Shown here: positions 1-8,901 of the stretch, in pieces
Layout of the letters: each line of letters begins with the position of its first letter
How positions within the stretch are numbered: the stretch's first letter is position 1
Source: a virus
Taxonomy: Duplodnaviria > Caudoviricetes
DNA length: 34,065 nucleotides
Virus record (IMG/VR): IMGVR_UViG_3300020269_000023
Span: 1-34,065 of that record
Reading direction: 5' to 3' (one strand)
Position numbers and translations under genes: made by a program
The notes under the pieces: generated by a model
What the model saw: only the letters and a program-made list of their open reading frames with translations
Databases searched by the model: none
What the model was told of the DNA's origin: nothing

Positions 1-372
1 TTTAGCACCACCTTTAGACATTTTTTCTGCTTTTTTCATCCTTGCTTGATTAATAAAAAATCTGTTTTTACCACTTTCACGAAAAGGGCTTTCTCCTTTT
101 TTTATTTGCTTTTCAGCATGAAGTCTAGCTTTGTCTCTAATGCGTTCTGGTATAGCCTGAGGTTTACCCTCAAAATCTGTACTTTGTAAAGTTTTGATTT
201 CTTTTTTGGTAAGAGTAGGCACTAATATTGGATAAGAAACTTGTTTGCCACCTATATTACTTCTTACAGAAATCTCTGTCATGGTTTGGCCTTTGTCGTT
301 TTTTATAGGCCCTAACCAACCAGATCCTTTTTTTTCTTTTCCGTTTTCTCTGAATAAATCAGATTTTGCCAT
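1..372 (-). CDS. Hypothetical protein downstream of portal (partial, runs off left end)
   Basis: Not in the ORF track. ATG at 372 overlaps the portal stop (TAATG). Open frame MAKSDLFRENGKEKKGSGWLGPIK...MSKGGAK continues to the window edge. Confidence 0.8.
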   Translation of the reverse strand, partial: MAKSDLFRENGKEKKGSGWLGPIKNDKGQTMTEISVRSNIGGKQVSYPILVPTLTKKEIKTLQSTDFEGKPQAIPERIRDKARLHAEKQIKKGESPFRESGKNRFFINQARMKKAEKMSKGGAK

Positions 373-2762
373 TATTCGCCTCTACCTGGTGTGCTACGAT
401 TAATGCGCTCTAAGTTTACATCTGCTCGTAACTGAGCAATATCCTCAGTTGAATCTATCTTCTCTCTAGTCAAGTCTTGACGCGATGCTTCTTTTTCTGC
501 CTCAAAACCTTGTTTTTGCTGAAACTCTGATGCTTTACGCTGTAAATCTAGCTCTTTAATATCTAGTTCTCTTGCCCTTAATGCTACCAGTGGGTCTGGG
601 CCTTTCGGTGGTGGCATCAGTTGTGCCATAACCTCTTGCGTAATTACCGCAATAAGTTGAGCAACTCGAGACTCTACGTCAAATGGTATAGGCTGCTGTC
701 CTAAGCTCATTGCTTCCTGCATTATTTGTTCCATTTCTGCGTTTGCCATATTTCTTGCTTTCAGCGCAATATGCTCTGAAACATGAGATAGTAGCGCACC
801 AAAAATGGCAGGGGAGTTTGCAGTAACAGGGGTTTTCATGAATGCTAAGTGGGAGGTAATATGCGCATCATGATCTTGCTCGGGAAACGCCTTCAAGGGT
901 TTTTGAAGTAGAGCCATCGAGTTCTCTATAGCTGGATCCATTGGTTGTGGGGGTCGAGGAGGAGGCAAAATAGTCTCTATATTTTGTACTCCTATCGACT
1001 CGTACATTCTACGATACGCCTCATAAATATTATGTAGCTGCGGATTAGATTGTGCTAATTGTAGTTGCGTTTGTGCTAACGTCATACGTTGTGCCATAGA
1101 AAATATGTTCGGATCAGCAACTGGCACCACATCTACCCTATCGTCAAAATCTGATTGTTTTATCATCGCATCGACACCTACATGCTGATAAGGGTACATA
1201 GGTGGCAATGACTCGGCAAAAATACGAGCTAACATACGAAACTCTTGTTTTTGGGCGTAATACATACGTTTATGTATCGCTGACATGACCCGTGAACCAC
1301 GTTCCAATAACGCTAAAGTCGTGCCTACAGCCTGATTTTGCTTGGTTTCTCCAGTCTGCATATCCGCTACCATGGCAAATCTTCGCCCTGCATCGACTAC
1401 GAAGCCTAATAACGACATAAGCGTTTGTGACGGTTCTTTATAAGGTAATGGAATAATACTCTCTCTTAAAGCACCCCCAGGAGAGTCAATATCCCTAAAT
1501 TCACCAGGAGATAGTGGCTCATCGGAGTCCCTTATCCTAATACCACGGGCTTTGAACCCTGCGGGAAGGTTTGCTAACGTCCCTGCATCGATTAATTGAC
1601 GTAAAATGGACGTTGCCGAGCGTCCTAACCCACCAATCATGTGCAAAAGCCCAAATCCATAGAATCCTAAGCCTGGTAAAAACTTATAATGGGTAAAATA
1701 TTGCTGTTTGCGGAAAAATTCGTCCCCTTCTGTGTAATTTCTGCGAATTGCCAGTATTTTTTGGCTACTTAGGTCGATTGTGACGATGTAAGGTATCTTA
1801 ATACCCGTTTTTTCTTCATCTAACGGGTTAATATGCTCAAAACCAGTCAAATCTAGGTCAGTATGTATCTCTAACAGCGTACATTCTTCCCCATCTGCCG
1901 TTTTTTGTACCCCAGAAAGCTCTCTTTCCTTCTTTTTTAGCTCATCATCTTCGGTATATGGCGATAATTCGATGTCCCTATAGAACCCACCTGCCTGATA
2001 TTTACGCACATCGTTCATACTCATGCGTACTACATGGGTAATTCTGGATGCTGACGCTAAATCAGTAGCATTATAGGGCACCACTAGGTCATCTGCGGGT
2101 ACGAAACGAGAAACTGCACGATCTAAAATGTCGTCAAAGTATACTTTTTTGAAAGCACTACCCGCCAGTGGTAGATAAAACAATAATCTATCCATCTCTG
2201 GGTCGTATTCGTCCATAACATGAACTATCTGATAGTTCATAAAATCTTGAATTCGCTGAGACTGAGCTACCGTTTGTGGGGTAGACGTTCCAATCACTTG
2301 CGTTCTCACGGGGCCAGAACTTGGTAGCAGTTCTTTGTACGCTTGTGCCTGAAATTGAGTAACAGCCTCAGCGATCAGGGGATGGGTGACACCACTAGAA
2401 CCTCTAAATGGTTCTTCTCTCTCTTCATACTTTATACCTAATAAGTCTAAACCATCGGTATAAGCATCTTGCCATTCTTGGCGACCTGACGAATCTTCTT
2501 CATAAAAACCAATAAGCTCATTTGCAATATCAGTTAACTCTTTTTCGTCTATCAGCTCCGCAAGGTTCGCATCAAAATCAGTAAGTAATTCTTGCGTTAA
2601 CTCTTCAGTGATATCTTGTCCTTCTATAATTACGCGAGGTAATTCATTTGGATCTTCTTCGATCTCACCCTCTTCTTCCTCAACAATAATATCCTGATCT
2701 TCTTCGTCCATAATCGGCTGCCCCATAGGAGGCATCGATTTGTCCATCATTGATTCTGCCAT
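372..2762 (-). CDS. Portal protein (podovirus type)
   Basis: 796 aa, next to terL. Motifs WQDAYTDGLDLLG, HPLIAEAVTQFQA, LPLAGSAFKKVYFD and RQLIDAGTLANLP are typical of this phage portal family. Confidence 0.85.
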   Translation of the reverse strand: MAESMMDKSMPPMGQPIMDEEDQDIIVEEEEGEIEEDPNELPRVIIEGQDITEELTQELLTDFDANLAELIDEKELTDIANELIGFYEEDSSGRQEWQDAYTDGLDLLGIKYEEREEPFRGSSGVTHPLIAEAVTQFQAQAYKELLPSSGPVRTQVIGTSTPQTVAQSQRIQDFMNYQIVHVMDEYDPEMDRLLFYLPLAGSAFKKVYFDDILDRAVSRFVPADDLVVPYNATDLASASRITHVVRMSMNDVRKYQAGGFYRDIELSPYTEDDELKKKERELSGVQKTADGEECTLLEIHTDLDLTGFEHINPLDEEKTGIKIPYIVTIDLSSQKILAIRRNYTEGDEFFRKQQYFTHYKFLPGLGFYGFGLLHMIGGLGRSATSILRQLIDAGTLANLPAGFKARGIRIRDSDEPLSPGEFRDIDSPGGALRESIIPLPYKEPSQTLMSLLGFVVDAGRRFAMVADMQTGETKQNQAVGTTLALLERGSRVMSAIHKRMYYAQKQEFRMLARIFAESLPPMYPYQHVGVDAMIKQSDFDDRVDVVPVADPNIFSMAQRMTLAQTQLQLAQSNPQLHNIYEAYRRMYESIGVQNIETILPPPRPPQPMDPAIENSMALLQKPLKAFPEQDHDAHITSHLAFMKTPVTANSPAIFGALLSHVSEHIALKARNMANAEMEQIMQEAMSLGQQPIPFDVESRVAQLIAVITQEVMAQLMPPPKGPDPLVALRARELDIKELDLQRKASEFQQKQGFEAEKEASRQDLTREKIDSTEDIAQLRADVNLERINRSTPGRGE

Positions 2763-2763
2763 C

Positions 2764-3159
2764 TTACTTTGTTAACCCCTTAGATTTTTCATAAGTACGG
2801 AGTGACCCTAACCCTAATAAACCACCTAATACCGTCATCAAACTCGCCATATCAAATTCTGGTAACTGAGGAACTTCCGCACCAAATAACGTAACTACAA
2901 ATATAATAATAGGTTGTATCACAAAATGGTAGGCAAATGCTACCCCACATACCCAACCAATGAACGGTCGCCACGAACTTTTGAAAAACTGTGGACTAGC
3001 TGCTTCAATTTTATTTACCTCTATCTGCGCCATGGCAACGTCATGTGCCTGCTTTTCAGCCATAGTTGCTATCTCATGCGCTAACTTAGCTTTCTGATCT
3101 TTATCTTCAATAAATTTATCTAATAATCCTGTAACTGGACCTATAAGTGCTGTCAACAT
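2764..3159 (-). CDS. Holin, 3-TM gene-transfer-release type
   Basis: WRPFIGWVCG motif, hydrophobic segments and C-terminal LLGLGSLRTYEK. Confidence 0.8.
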   Translation of the reverse strand: MLTALIGPVTGLLDKFIEDKDQKAKLAHEIATMAEKQAHDVAMAQIEVNKIEAASPQFFKSSWRPFIGWVCGVAFAYHFVIQPIIIFVVTLFGAEVPQLPEFDMASLMTVLGGLLGLGSLRTYEKSKGLTK

Positions 3160-4625
3160 CAGTAATATACCCTCGGTGCTAATTTATAATCAGTTATCTC
3201 TTCCGCTTCATCATGGTTCAAACGTAAGAACCCACCTTTACGAAAACGTATCAACGCCATCGACATTGAATCGCAAAAGTCATCATGCTCACCATAAGGA
3301 AAAGCTGCACACTCCTCAATCAAATCTTCCGCAAACTTCTTCTCTGGTGCCCACACTTTGCCACTCTCAAATATCGGTGCGACCATGTGCATCCTCGTTA
3401 CCTTATCACGACCTTTGCTCGGTGTATAATTTACTACAGGAATACCCATATTTCGTAACTCGTCCGTTAACGGTGTACCAGTAGCCTTCGCCTCTATCAA
3501 CACCATATCAGGATCCCAGTAATTATACTCCTCTAACGCAGTCTCTTTTAGTTCGGGAAAGTTCCAACGACCCCTCTGTGCATCTAATAAAATAATATGG
3601 TCTGCACCACCCTCTTCAGGTTGAAATATACCCCAAGTAGTTATCGCACTATAGTCTGCCGTCTCCTTCTTACTAAATGCCGTATCATAACTTTGCATAA
3701 TATAATCTACAGGCGGTATCTGCTCTTTCTCCCAAATGTTCCACCATTCACGTTTAATGATCGCTGATTCTTGGGCCGTGGGGTTTTGTTGCCATTGCGC
3801 GTTCCATTTACCTGCACTCAAACTCGCCTTAACCTTTAACAACTCCTCCTTCTTCCAATACTCTGGCCATAACACCCTGTCACTAGGCAATATCGCTGGA
3901 AACTCTACCACATCCCACTGGTCGCTCATCACATCACTAGCCTGTGCCTTAATTAACTTACCCGTCAAATCTTTCAAACTCCAACGAGTCATAACCACCA
4001 CTATCGAACCACCAGGCTGTAACCTCTGCCTCGGGCCAGAGGTGTACCACTCATAAGCACTCTCTAACGCATTCTCAGATAACGCATCCTGCTCCGAATG
4101 CGGGTCATCAATAATGAGCAAGTCAGCACCACGACCCGTAATCGCACCTCCAACACCAGCCGCATAATATTCACCGCCTTCTGACGTTTCCCACCGTCCA
4201 GCAGCTTTGGAATCAGCTTTAAGATTAACATCTGGAAATATCTCCCTATATTGTTCAGTCTCCATTAAATTTCTAACTTTACGACCAAACCGTACCGCTA
4301 ACTCAGCAGTATGTGTCGTCTGGATAATTTTTAAACTAGGATTCTTACCTATCAACCACGCAGGTAATAAATAACTCGCAAACTCACTTTTAGTATGTCG
4401 AGGAGGCATATTGACAATGATCCGTGAGCCACGGTTCTTGGATAACTTCTCAAATTGCTTGGCTACTTTACGATGATGTTTACCCTCAATAAAGCCATCA
4501 TAAACATGATTTACGAAAATCATAAAATCATCTTGTGCCTTATCTCGAATGGTCAGTCTACGCTTGGCTTCCTCCAGTGCCAATATCTCACGAACTACAT
4601 CATCACTTACCGCGTTTAAACTCAT
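3159..4625 (-). CDS. terL: Terminase large subunit
   Basis: Walker A-like NMPPRHTKS, Walker B LLIIDDP, motif III VMTRW, and RNase H-like nuclease residues (SYDTA, HDDFCDS). Confidence 0.95.
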   Translation of the reverse strand: MSLNAVSDDVVREILALEEAKRRLTIRDKAQDDFMIFVNHVYDGFIEGKHHRKVAKQFEKLSKNRGSRIIVNMPPRHTKSEFASYLLPAWLIGKNPSLKIIQTTHTAELAVRFGRKVRNLMETEQYREIFPDVNLKADSKAAGRWETSEGGEYYAAGVGGAITGRGADLLIIDDPHSEQDALSENALESAYEWYTSGPRQRLQPGGSIVVVMTRWSLKDLTGKLIKAQASDVMSDQWDVVEFPAILPSDRVLWPEYWKKEELLKVKASLSAGKWNAQWQQNPTAQESAIIKREWWNIWEKEQIPPVDYIMQSYDTAFSKKETADYSAITTWGIFQPEEGGADHIILLDAQRGRWNFPELKETALEEYNYWDPDMVLIEAKATGTPLTDELRNMGIPVVNYTPSKGRDKVTRMHMVAPIFESGKVWAPEKKFAEDLIEECAAFPYGEHDDFCDSMSMALIRFRKGGFLRLNHDEAEEITDYKLAPRVYY

Positions 4626-4759
4626 ACCCTAATATCAACCCTCTGTGTCGATTTAGGCTTAGACTGCTCACGCCTCTCCTCTACTCGAGCTTGTTCCACT
4701 TGCCTTTTGTCCTTAACAGGCACCAACGGAACACGGTCTTTGATACTCGTCACTTCCAT
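4622..4759 (-). CDS. Small hypothetical protein (45 aa) coupled to terL
   Basis: Not in the track. GGAGA Shine-Dalgarno (SD), then MEVTSIKDRVPLVPVKDKRQVEQARVEERREQSKPKSTQRVDIRV. Its TGA overlaps the terL ATG (ATGA). Confidence 0.65.
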   Translation of the reverse strand: MEVTSIKDRVPLVPVKDKRQVEQARVEERREQSKPKSTQRVDIRV

Positions 4760-4925
4760 CACGGTTCTCCGTCCAATGATAATTATCTTGAATTATATTT
4801 ATAAAACCTACAACTTGCTACTACTTTACTACTAATAAGGGGGGCAAAAAATTTTTTGGTCAATTTTTAACCACCGACCAAAAAACCCAATTCGACCTAA
4901 GTACCTAGGCAACCAACAGATCCGA

Positions 4926-4948
4926 AACGGGGGCATCGTGCCCCCGTT
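4926..4948 (-). terminator. GC-rich hairpin after the leftward early operon
   Basis: AACGGGGGCA-TCG-TGCCCCCGTT, a perfect 10-bp stem just downstream of the 4960 stop. The U-tract is weak. Confidence 0.55.
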
Positions 4949-4959
4949 CCGATGACTGA

Positions 4960-5220
4960 TTAATCGAGTTTGCCGTTTGTATCCTTTAAGATCTTTAACG
5001 CTATACCCCATAGCGCGTCCATTCTTTTTTGTTTAATTTTTCTAATGTCCTGATAAATAGATATGATTAAACCTATCGATAACAACGAACCAATGATCGT
5101 TAAGTAGATCAATGATTCAACGATTAGCGGATCTGTCATGTAAACAATTACCATAAATAAAATATTAATTGCTATTAGTTCGATAAATGTTTCGGTAGTT
5201 TCTGTCATGTTGTTTTTCAT
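4960..5220 (-). CDS. Hypothetical membrane protein (2 TM)
   Basis: Start moved to ATG 5220 behind an AGGGAG SD. Two hydrophobic helices. Confidence 0.7.
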   Translation of the reverse strand: MKNNMTETTETFIELIAINILFMVIVYMTDPLIVESLIYLTIIGSLLSIGLIISIYQDIRKIKQKRMDALWGIALKILKDTNGKLD

Positions 5221-5239
5221 AATGTCGCACTCCCTATAA

Positions 5240-5563
5240 TTAAACATTTTTTAAGTTTGTTTTTTGTTTTAATAGTTGATCTTGATAAAGTGTTTTTGGA
5301 TTAACCCATTTAAAAAAGTGTGGCTCATACTTAGTTTTATAAATAAGTATGTCCCTCACTCTTAATCGATCTACTGGATCACCATGCCCCCAAGTCATAT
5401 TATTTTTTTTACTAGCGCACTTATTAAGATAAAAATCTAAAACTATCGCGATCTTTTTAATGGTAAGATTTGGTATGATTTTTGGCTCAAGGCCAGTTTC
5501 GTTATTGTAGAAAGAATCTACATAATTAATAAATTCTTTTTTTTCTGTTTCTGATATTTTCAT
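5240..5563 (-). CDS. Hypothetical protein
   Basis: 107 aa, AAGGGG SD, in the operon with the ardC-like gene. Confidence 0.7.
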   Translation of the reverse strand: MKISETEKKEFINYVDSFYNNETGLEPKIIPNLTIKKIAIVLDFYLNKCASKKNNMTWGHGDPVDRLRVRDILIYKTKYEPHFFKWVNPKTLYQDQLLKQKTNLKNV

Positions 5564-5573
5564 TGTGTACCCC

Positions 5574-6512
5574 TTAGGCGACGTTAGTCGCCTTGTTGTT
5601 GTGGTTATCGTTTAAATAATTAATTGCTTGGCTAGATAGACCAAACGCCTTTTTCATTTGGTTGGGTTTATCTTTTAGCATTTTGATCCAACTGTTTAAG
5701 TATTGAGCGTGATCCTCTCGCACTTGTGGAGTAACTCCCAAAGTACAACATAGAATCGCTGATCCAGTTTCTGCTACTAGTTCCTCGAAGGCGTAGTTTT
5801 TCTGCCCCTTTTTAAGTCTATCAAGTCTATGCTTTGCACCAGTCCAGTGTATTAATTCATGTAGCAAAGTCGAATAATAATTCTCTACTTGTGAGCTAGT
5901 AGGCGTATCAGTGAAAGATCCTTTTACTGGCATTTCGATAGTATCGGGTAATGGTTTATAGCAAGGGGTACAATATTCAATATGCTTAATATTTGCATTT
6001 TGACTAGCTACGAATTGATCGACGCTATCAATTGAAAACTCCACGTTTTCGATCTCTGGTTTATCTTGTGTTTGCATGTTTGTCTGCTCAACATTAAAAA
6101 CCTTGTGCCATTTTGAAAATTTCATATAGATTTTTTCTGGGTTGCCAGAACTATCTAGAACTACCTTGCCATTTTCTTTTTTATCAATGAGTATTTTTTC
6201 AAAGTAGCCAACATAAGTCCCTTTCTCGCCTTTATTAATATAAATATTGCGGTCCTTAAAATATTTAAACGTGCCCCAATGATTCGAAGTATACCCTTTT
6301 TTAAGTGACATGATTATTAACCTAAGAAAGTTAAGACCGTTGTACGTTTCACCATTTGATAACTTAGTAGGTAAACCACTAGTTTGACATTGTGTTACTA
6401 ATGGTGCGATCCAGTCACTTCCTTCTTTTTCCATCAATTCAATTAAATCGTTAAATATTGTTTTTTCTATTTCTTCGTTTCTTTTCTTTGCTCTTTCTAT
6501 GTTCTTTTTCAT
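5574..6512 (-). CDS. ardC: ArdC-like anti-restriction protein (ssDNA-binding domain plus zincin-like metallopeptidase domain)
   Basis: N-terminal YNGLN..L, WGTFK and KGEKG motifs. C-terminal TLLHELIHWTG..RLDR..YAFEELVAE. Start placed at MKKNIE behind AAAGGA. Confidence 0.85.
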   Translation of the reverse strand: MKKNIERAKKRNEEIEKTIFNDLIELMEKEGSDWIAPLVTQCQTSGLPTKLSNGETYNGLNFLRLIIMSLKKGYTSNHWGTFKYFKDRNIYINKGEKGTYVGYFEKILIDKKENGKVVLDSSGNPEKIYMKFSKWHKVFNVEQTNMQTQDKPEIENVEFSIDSVDQFVASQNANIKHIEYCTPCYKPLPDTIEMPVKGSFTDTPTSSQVENYYSTLLHELIHWTGAKHRLDRLKKGQKNYAFEELVAETGSAILCCTLGVTPQVREDHAQYLNSWIKMLKDKPNQMKKAFGLSSQAINYLNDNHNNKATNVA

Positions 6513-6555
6513 TGTCTTTCCTTTTAATGTCCTTTTAATATTAAACATAAGTAAA

Positions 6556-6584
6556 ATTATAAGGTTTTTTATTCATATATGCAA
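6556..6584 (-). promoter_or_regulatory. Sigma70-type promoter for the ardC operon
   Basis: TTGCAT-N17-TATAAT on the minus strand. Confidence 0.75.
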
Positions 6585-6635
6585 CATATATATACGTTTT
6601 TTTTACTATTTTTATATTAAATGTTTACCTGATGC

Positions 6636-6735
6636 AGTGGATAAGTTGTGAATAACCTGTGGATAACTTTTAAATTTTTGTGAATAACTTGTGGATAACT
6701 TGTGGATAAGTTACCTGTGGATAACCTGTGGATAA
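6636..6735 (-). repeat. Array of 8 co-oriented DnaA boxes
   Basis: TGTG(G/A)ATAA, the reverse complement of TTAT(C/T)CACA, at 6647, 6658, 6679, 6690, 6701, 6716 and 6727. A 1-mismatch copy lies at 6636. Confidence 0.8.
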
Positions 6736-6796
6736 CTTTTTATGGCCCTACATATAAGTTATTATTAACTTCTTAATACCACTATCTATATAAAAA

Positions 6797-6871
6797 GCCC
6801 GAAGCCCGAAGCCCGAAGCCCGAAGCCCGAAGCCCGAAGCCCGAAAAAAAACCCCGATCCCGAACCCCGAA
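6797..6871 (+). repeat. GCCCGAA heptamer tandem repeat x7 plus degenerate CCCGA copies
   Basis: Seven perfect copies at 6797-6845, then CCCGAT/CCCGAA copies to 6871. Confidence 0.95.
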
Positions 6872-6915
6872 AGGACAATCAAAAAACGGGATTCAGGACC
6901 GAGGTAAAGGAGTCT

Positions 6916-7323
6916 TTAGCTGACTAGATCGGAGTACGGAATACTCGCAAGATAATTTATATCTTCATCCTTGAGAGCTTCTTCAATCTTGTCTCTATAA
7001 CTAAGCACTAGCGACTGAGAGTAGTAAAGACGATTTGATAAATATATATAGTTTTTCATCTCCCATTTATTAGGATCGATTAAAGCATCGCAGATGCCTT
7101 GTACTGTCCAAAATCTCGCACAATCATTCATGGATACAGCGTTTGGGTGTGCGTCTTTAAAAGTAGAATCACCAAAACAAAATTTTCGGTGCTCTCTTTC
7201 TTGTTTTAAATTATCTTTAAAAAGTATTTCTCTATGTGGTTTCGTCATATTATTTAAAAAGTAAAGTTTATCAAAAGCTCTATTTACATTTTTTATAATT
7301 TCTTTTTTCTTCTTGTCTGGCAT
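6916..7323 (-). CDS. Hypothetical protein
   Basis: Start moved to MPDKKKK (7323) behind a GGAGA SD. Confidence 0.75.
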   Translation of the reverse strand: MPDKKKKEIIKNVNRAFDKLYFLNNMTKPHREILFKDNLKQEREHRKFCFGDSTFKDAHPNAVSMNDCARFWTVQGICDALIDPNKWEMKNYIYLSNRLYYSQSLVLSYRDKIEEALKDEDINYLASIPYSDLVS

Positions 7324-7353
7324 TTGCCTATCTCCTTTATTTAACATAGGTAT

Positions 7354-7382
7354 ATTATGAAGTAATAAAAGATAATATGCAA
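7354..7382 (-). promoter_or_regulatory. Sigma70-type promoter (leftward)
   Basis: TTGCAT-N17-CATAAT on the minus strand. Confidence 0.6.
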
Positions 7383-7394
7383 GTAATTTATTTG

Positions 7395-7423
7395 TTGATT
7401 TATACAAAAATTTAGTTTACCAT
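7395..7423 (+). promoter_or_regulatory. Sigma70-type promoter (rightward), back-to-back with the previous one
   Basis: TTGATT-N17-TACCAT upstream of an AAGGAG SD and the 7463 ATG. Confidence 0.55.
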
Positions 7424-7462
7424 TAACTTGTGTTTAGAATTTAAAAAGGAGATTACAGAAAA

Positions 7463-7813
7463 ATGGAACACGATTTTTTTAAAAATATTTACATAATAGA
7501 TGATGGTACATTGGATACAGTGGTTTACGTTTACGGCAAGGAATTTCGTTACGACAGAGATTATCATTTACAGTTTCCGACAACAGATCTTTTTTTAGAA
7601 AATGTGTTTCAGGAACATCGCGATCATGTTCGTGACACAATTATGATGGACCACATGAGCCTCACTTTAATTCAAAATTTAAAAGAATGGTGCAAGGCCG
7701 AAAATATAAAATATCAAAGTGCCGATGATATTCTACACTCAGAAGACTTAACGGAAAGTCAAAAACAATGGCTGACGGATTACATAAAAATCTGGGAATT
7801 AATAAACAATTAA
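7463..7813 (+). CDS. Hypothetical protein
   Basis: 116 aa with an AAGGAG SD. Confidence 0.75.
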   Translation: MEHDFFKNIYIIDDGTLDTVVYVYGKEFRYDRDYHLQFPTTDLFLENVFQEHRDHVRDTIMMDHMSLTLIQNLKEWCKAENIKYQSADDILHSEDLTESQKQWLTDYIKIWELINN

Positions 7814-7832
7814 TTTAAAAAGGTAGTGAATA

Positions 7833-8177
7833 ATGAGTAAAAAATTAACAGCAGAACAAATAGAAGACAGACTGCGTCAAGTTGAAGGCCGATACTATAA
7901 AGGTAACAAACAAGATGAGTATTGGTGGAGGGTGAGTGGAGATGTTCATCCGACAGACAGACGACTATGGACAATGTATAACAATATGCTTAATAAAGTG
8001 AAAGAGAAAGAAAAAGTTAGTCTCGATAAAGTGAAACACTGGCTCGGTAACGATTGGTCCTTTGATGATATTTGCGAAACCTTTCAAGACTTAGCCAATG
8101 GCGACTATAAGCCAGAGCAGTTAAAAGAGGATATAGAAAATCTTGCCGAATTAGGATATACAAAAGATAATATTTAA
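7833..8177 (+). CDS. Hypothetical protein
   Basis: 114 aa with an AAGGT SD. Confidence 0.75.
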   Translation: MSKKLTAEQIEDRLRQVEGRYYKGNKQDEYWWRVSGDVHPTDRRLWTMYNNMLNKVKEKEKVSLDKVKHWLGNDWSFDDICETFQDLANGDYKPEQLKEDIENLAELGYTKDNI

Positions 8178-8382
8178 ATGATTTAGGTATTGATTTAGTT
8201 TAGTCTTATATAGTGGATCTTGAACAATTGCGTCCGATTATACCACTCTAAAAAACATCAATCGAAATTGCTAGTCAAATTTTCAGTGCGAGGGTTTACT
8301 GACTTAAACTTTAAACTCTCCTTTTTTATTAAGTAAGTCTGTGATATTATGGACATGTTCTTTTTTCAGAACTCTCCTTTGG

Positions 8383-8901
8383 TTAAGCCCCGTTATTGTC
8401 CTCAAAAGGTACGGGGCTTACTTTAACCCCGAACCCCGAGTCCCGATCCCGAACACCCCGATCCCGAACCCCGAGTCCCGTTAAATAATCAATTAATCCT
8501 TGATACTTATCCCCATGCCATGAACAAGGAACAACTAGTCCCGATCCCGAACCCGAAGATCCCGAACCTCGAACCCCGACCCGAAGGCCATGCTCCGCTA
8601 ACCCCCGACCCCGAACCCCGTCAAACAAATATAGGGTCGATGATGGGAGGGCCTTAACCAAGAAAAAAGATTCGCCTTTTGACTGTGAAAGGCTATAATG
8701 CCAAGCGATTTGATGTGGTGAAACAGAAACTCGGTGACTTTTAGTAACTTTTAGTTCTAACCAGATTGAATATCCATCGATACAGATATATACATCGGGA
8801 ACACCACCACCGATGCGGTTTTCTATCCGATTTACAAACCAATTTTTAGGCAGATTCTTCTTCAGAGTGTTCCAGAACTGGGCTTCGGGTTGTAGGCTCA
8901 T
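8383..8901 (-). CDS. PD-(D/E)XK nuclease (VRR-NUC / Holliday junction resolvase-like)
   Basis: PEAQFW...RIEN..GGGVPDVY...WLELK catalytic signature. The low-complexity G/S/R tail comes from CCCGA repeats. Confidence 0.8.
   Translation of the reverse strand: MSLQPEAQFWNTLKKNLPKNWFVNRIENRIGGGVPDVYICIDGYSIWLELKVTKSHRVSVSPHQIAWHYSLSQSKGESFFLVKALPSSTLYLFDGVRGRGLAEHGLRVGVRGSGSSGSGSGLVVPCSWHGDKYQGLIDYLTGLGVRDRGVRDRDSGFGVKVSPVPFEDNNGA
8427..8620 (+). repeat. Two clusters of degenerate CCCGA repeats inside the nuclease 3' end
   Basis: About 15 CCCGA copies at 8427-8480 and 8540-8620, in the same orientation as those at 6797-6871. Confidence 0.85.

Noticed and set aside
2623-2645. Partial gapped match of unit 4 (GAnATnACnACnCGnGGnAAnTT) within the portal gene
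   Set aside because: Only 12 of 16 positions match, which is expected by chance in a window this size. My self-target search was by eye and not exhaustive.
3176-4804. Plus-strand ORFs at 3176, 3736 and 4535
   Set aside because: Antisense to terL. The same applies to short antisense ORFs inside the helicases, primase, polA and virion genes.
8314-8333. Partial gapped match of the 3' part of unit 6 to a minus-strand SD-like sequence
   Set aside because: 13 of 14 positions match, but in A-rich low-complexity sequence, and the three 5' dinucleotides do not match.
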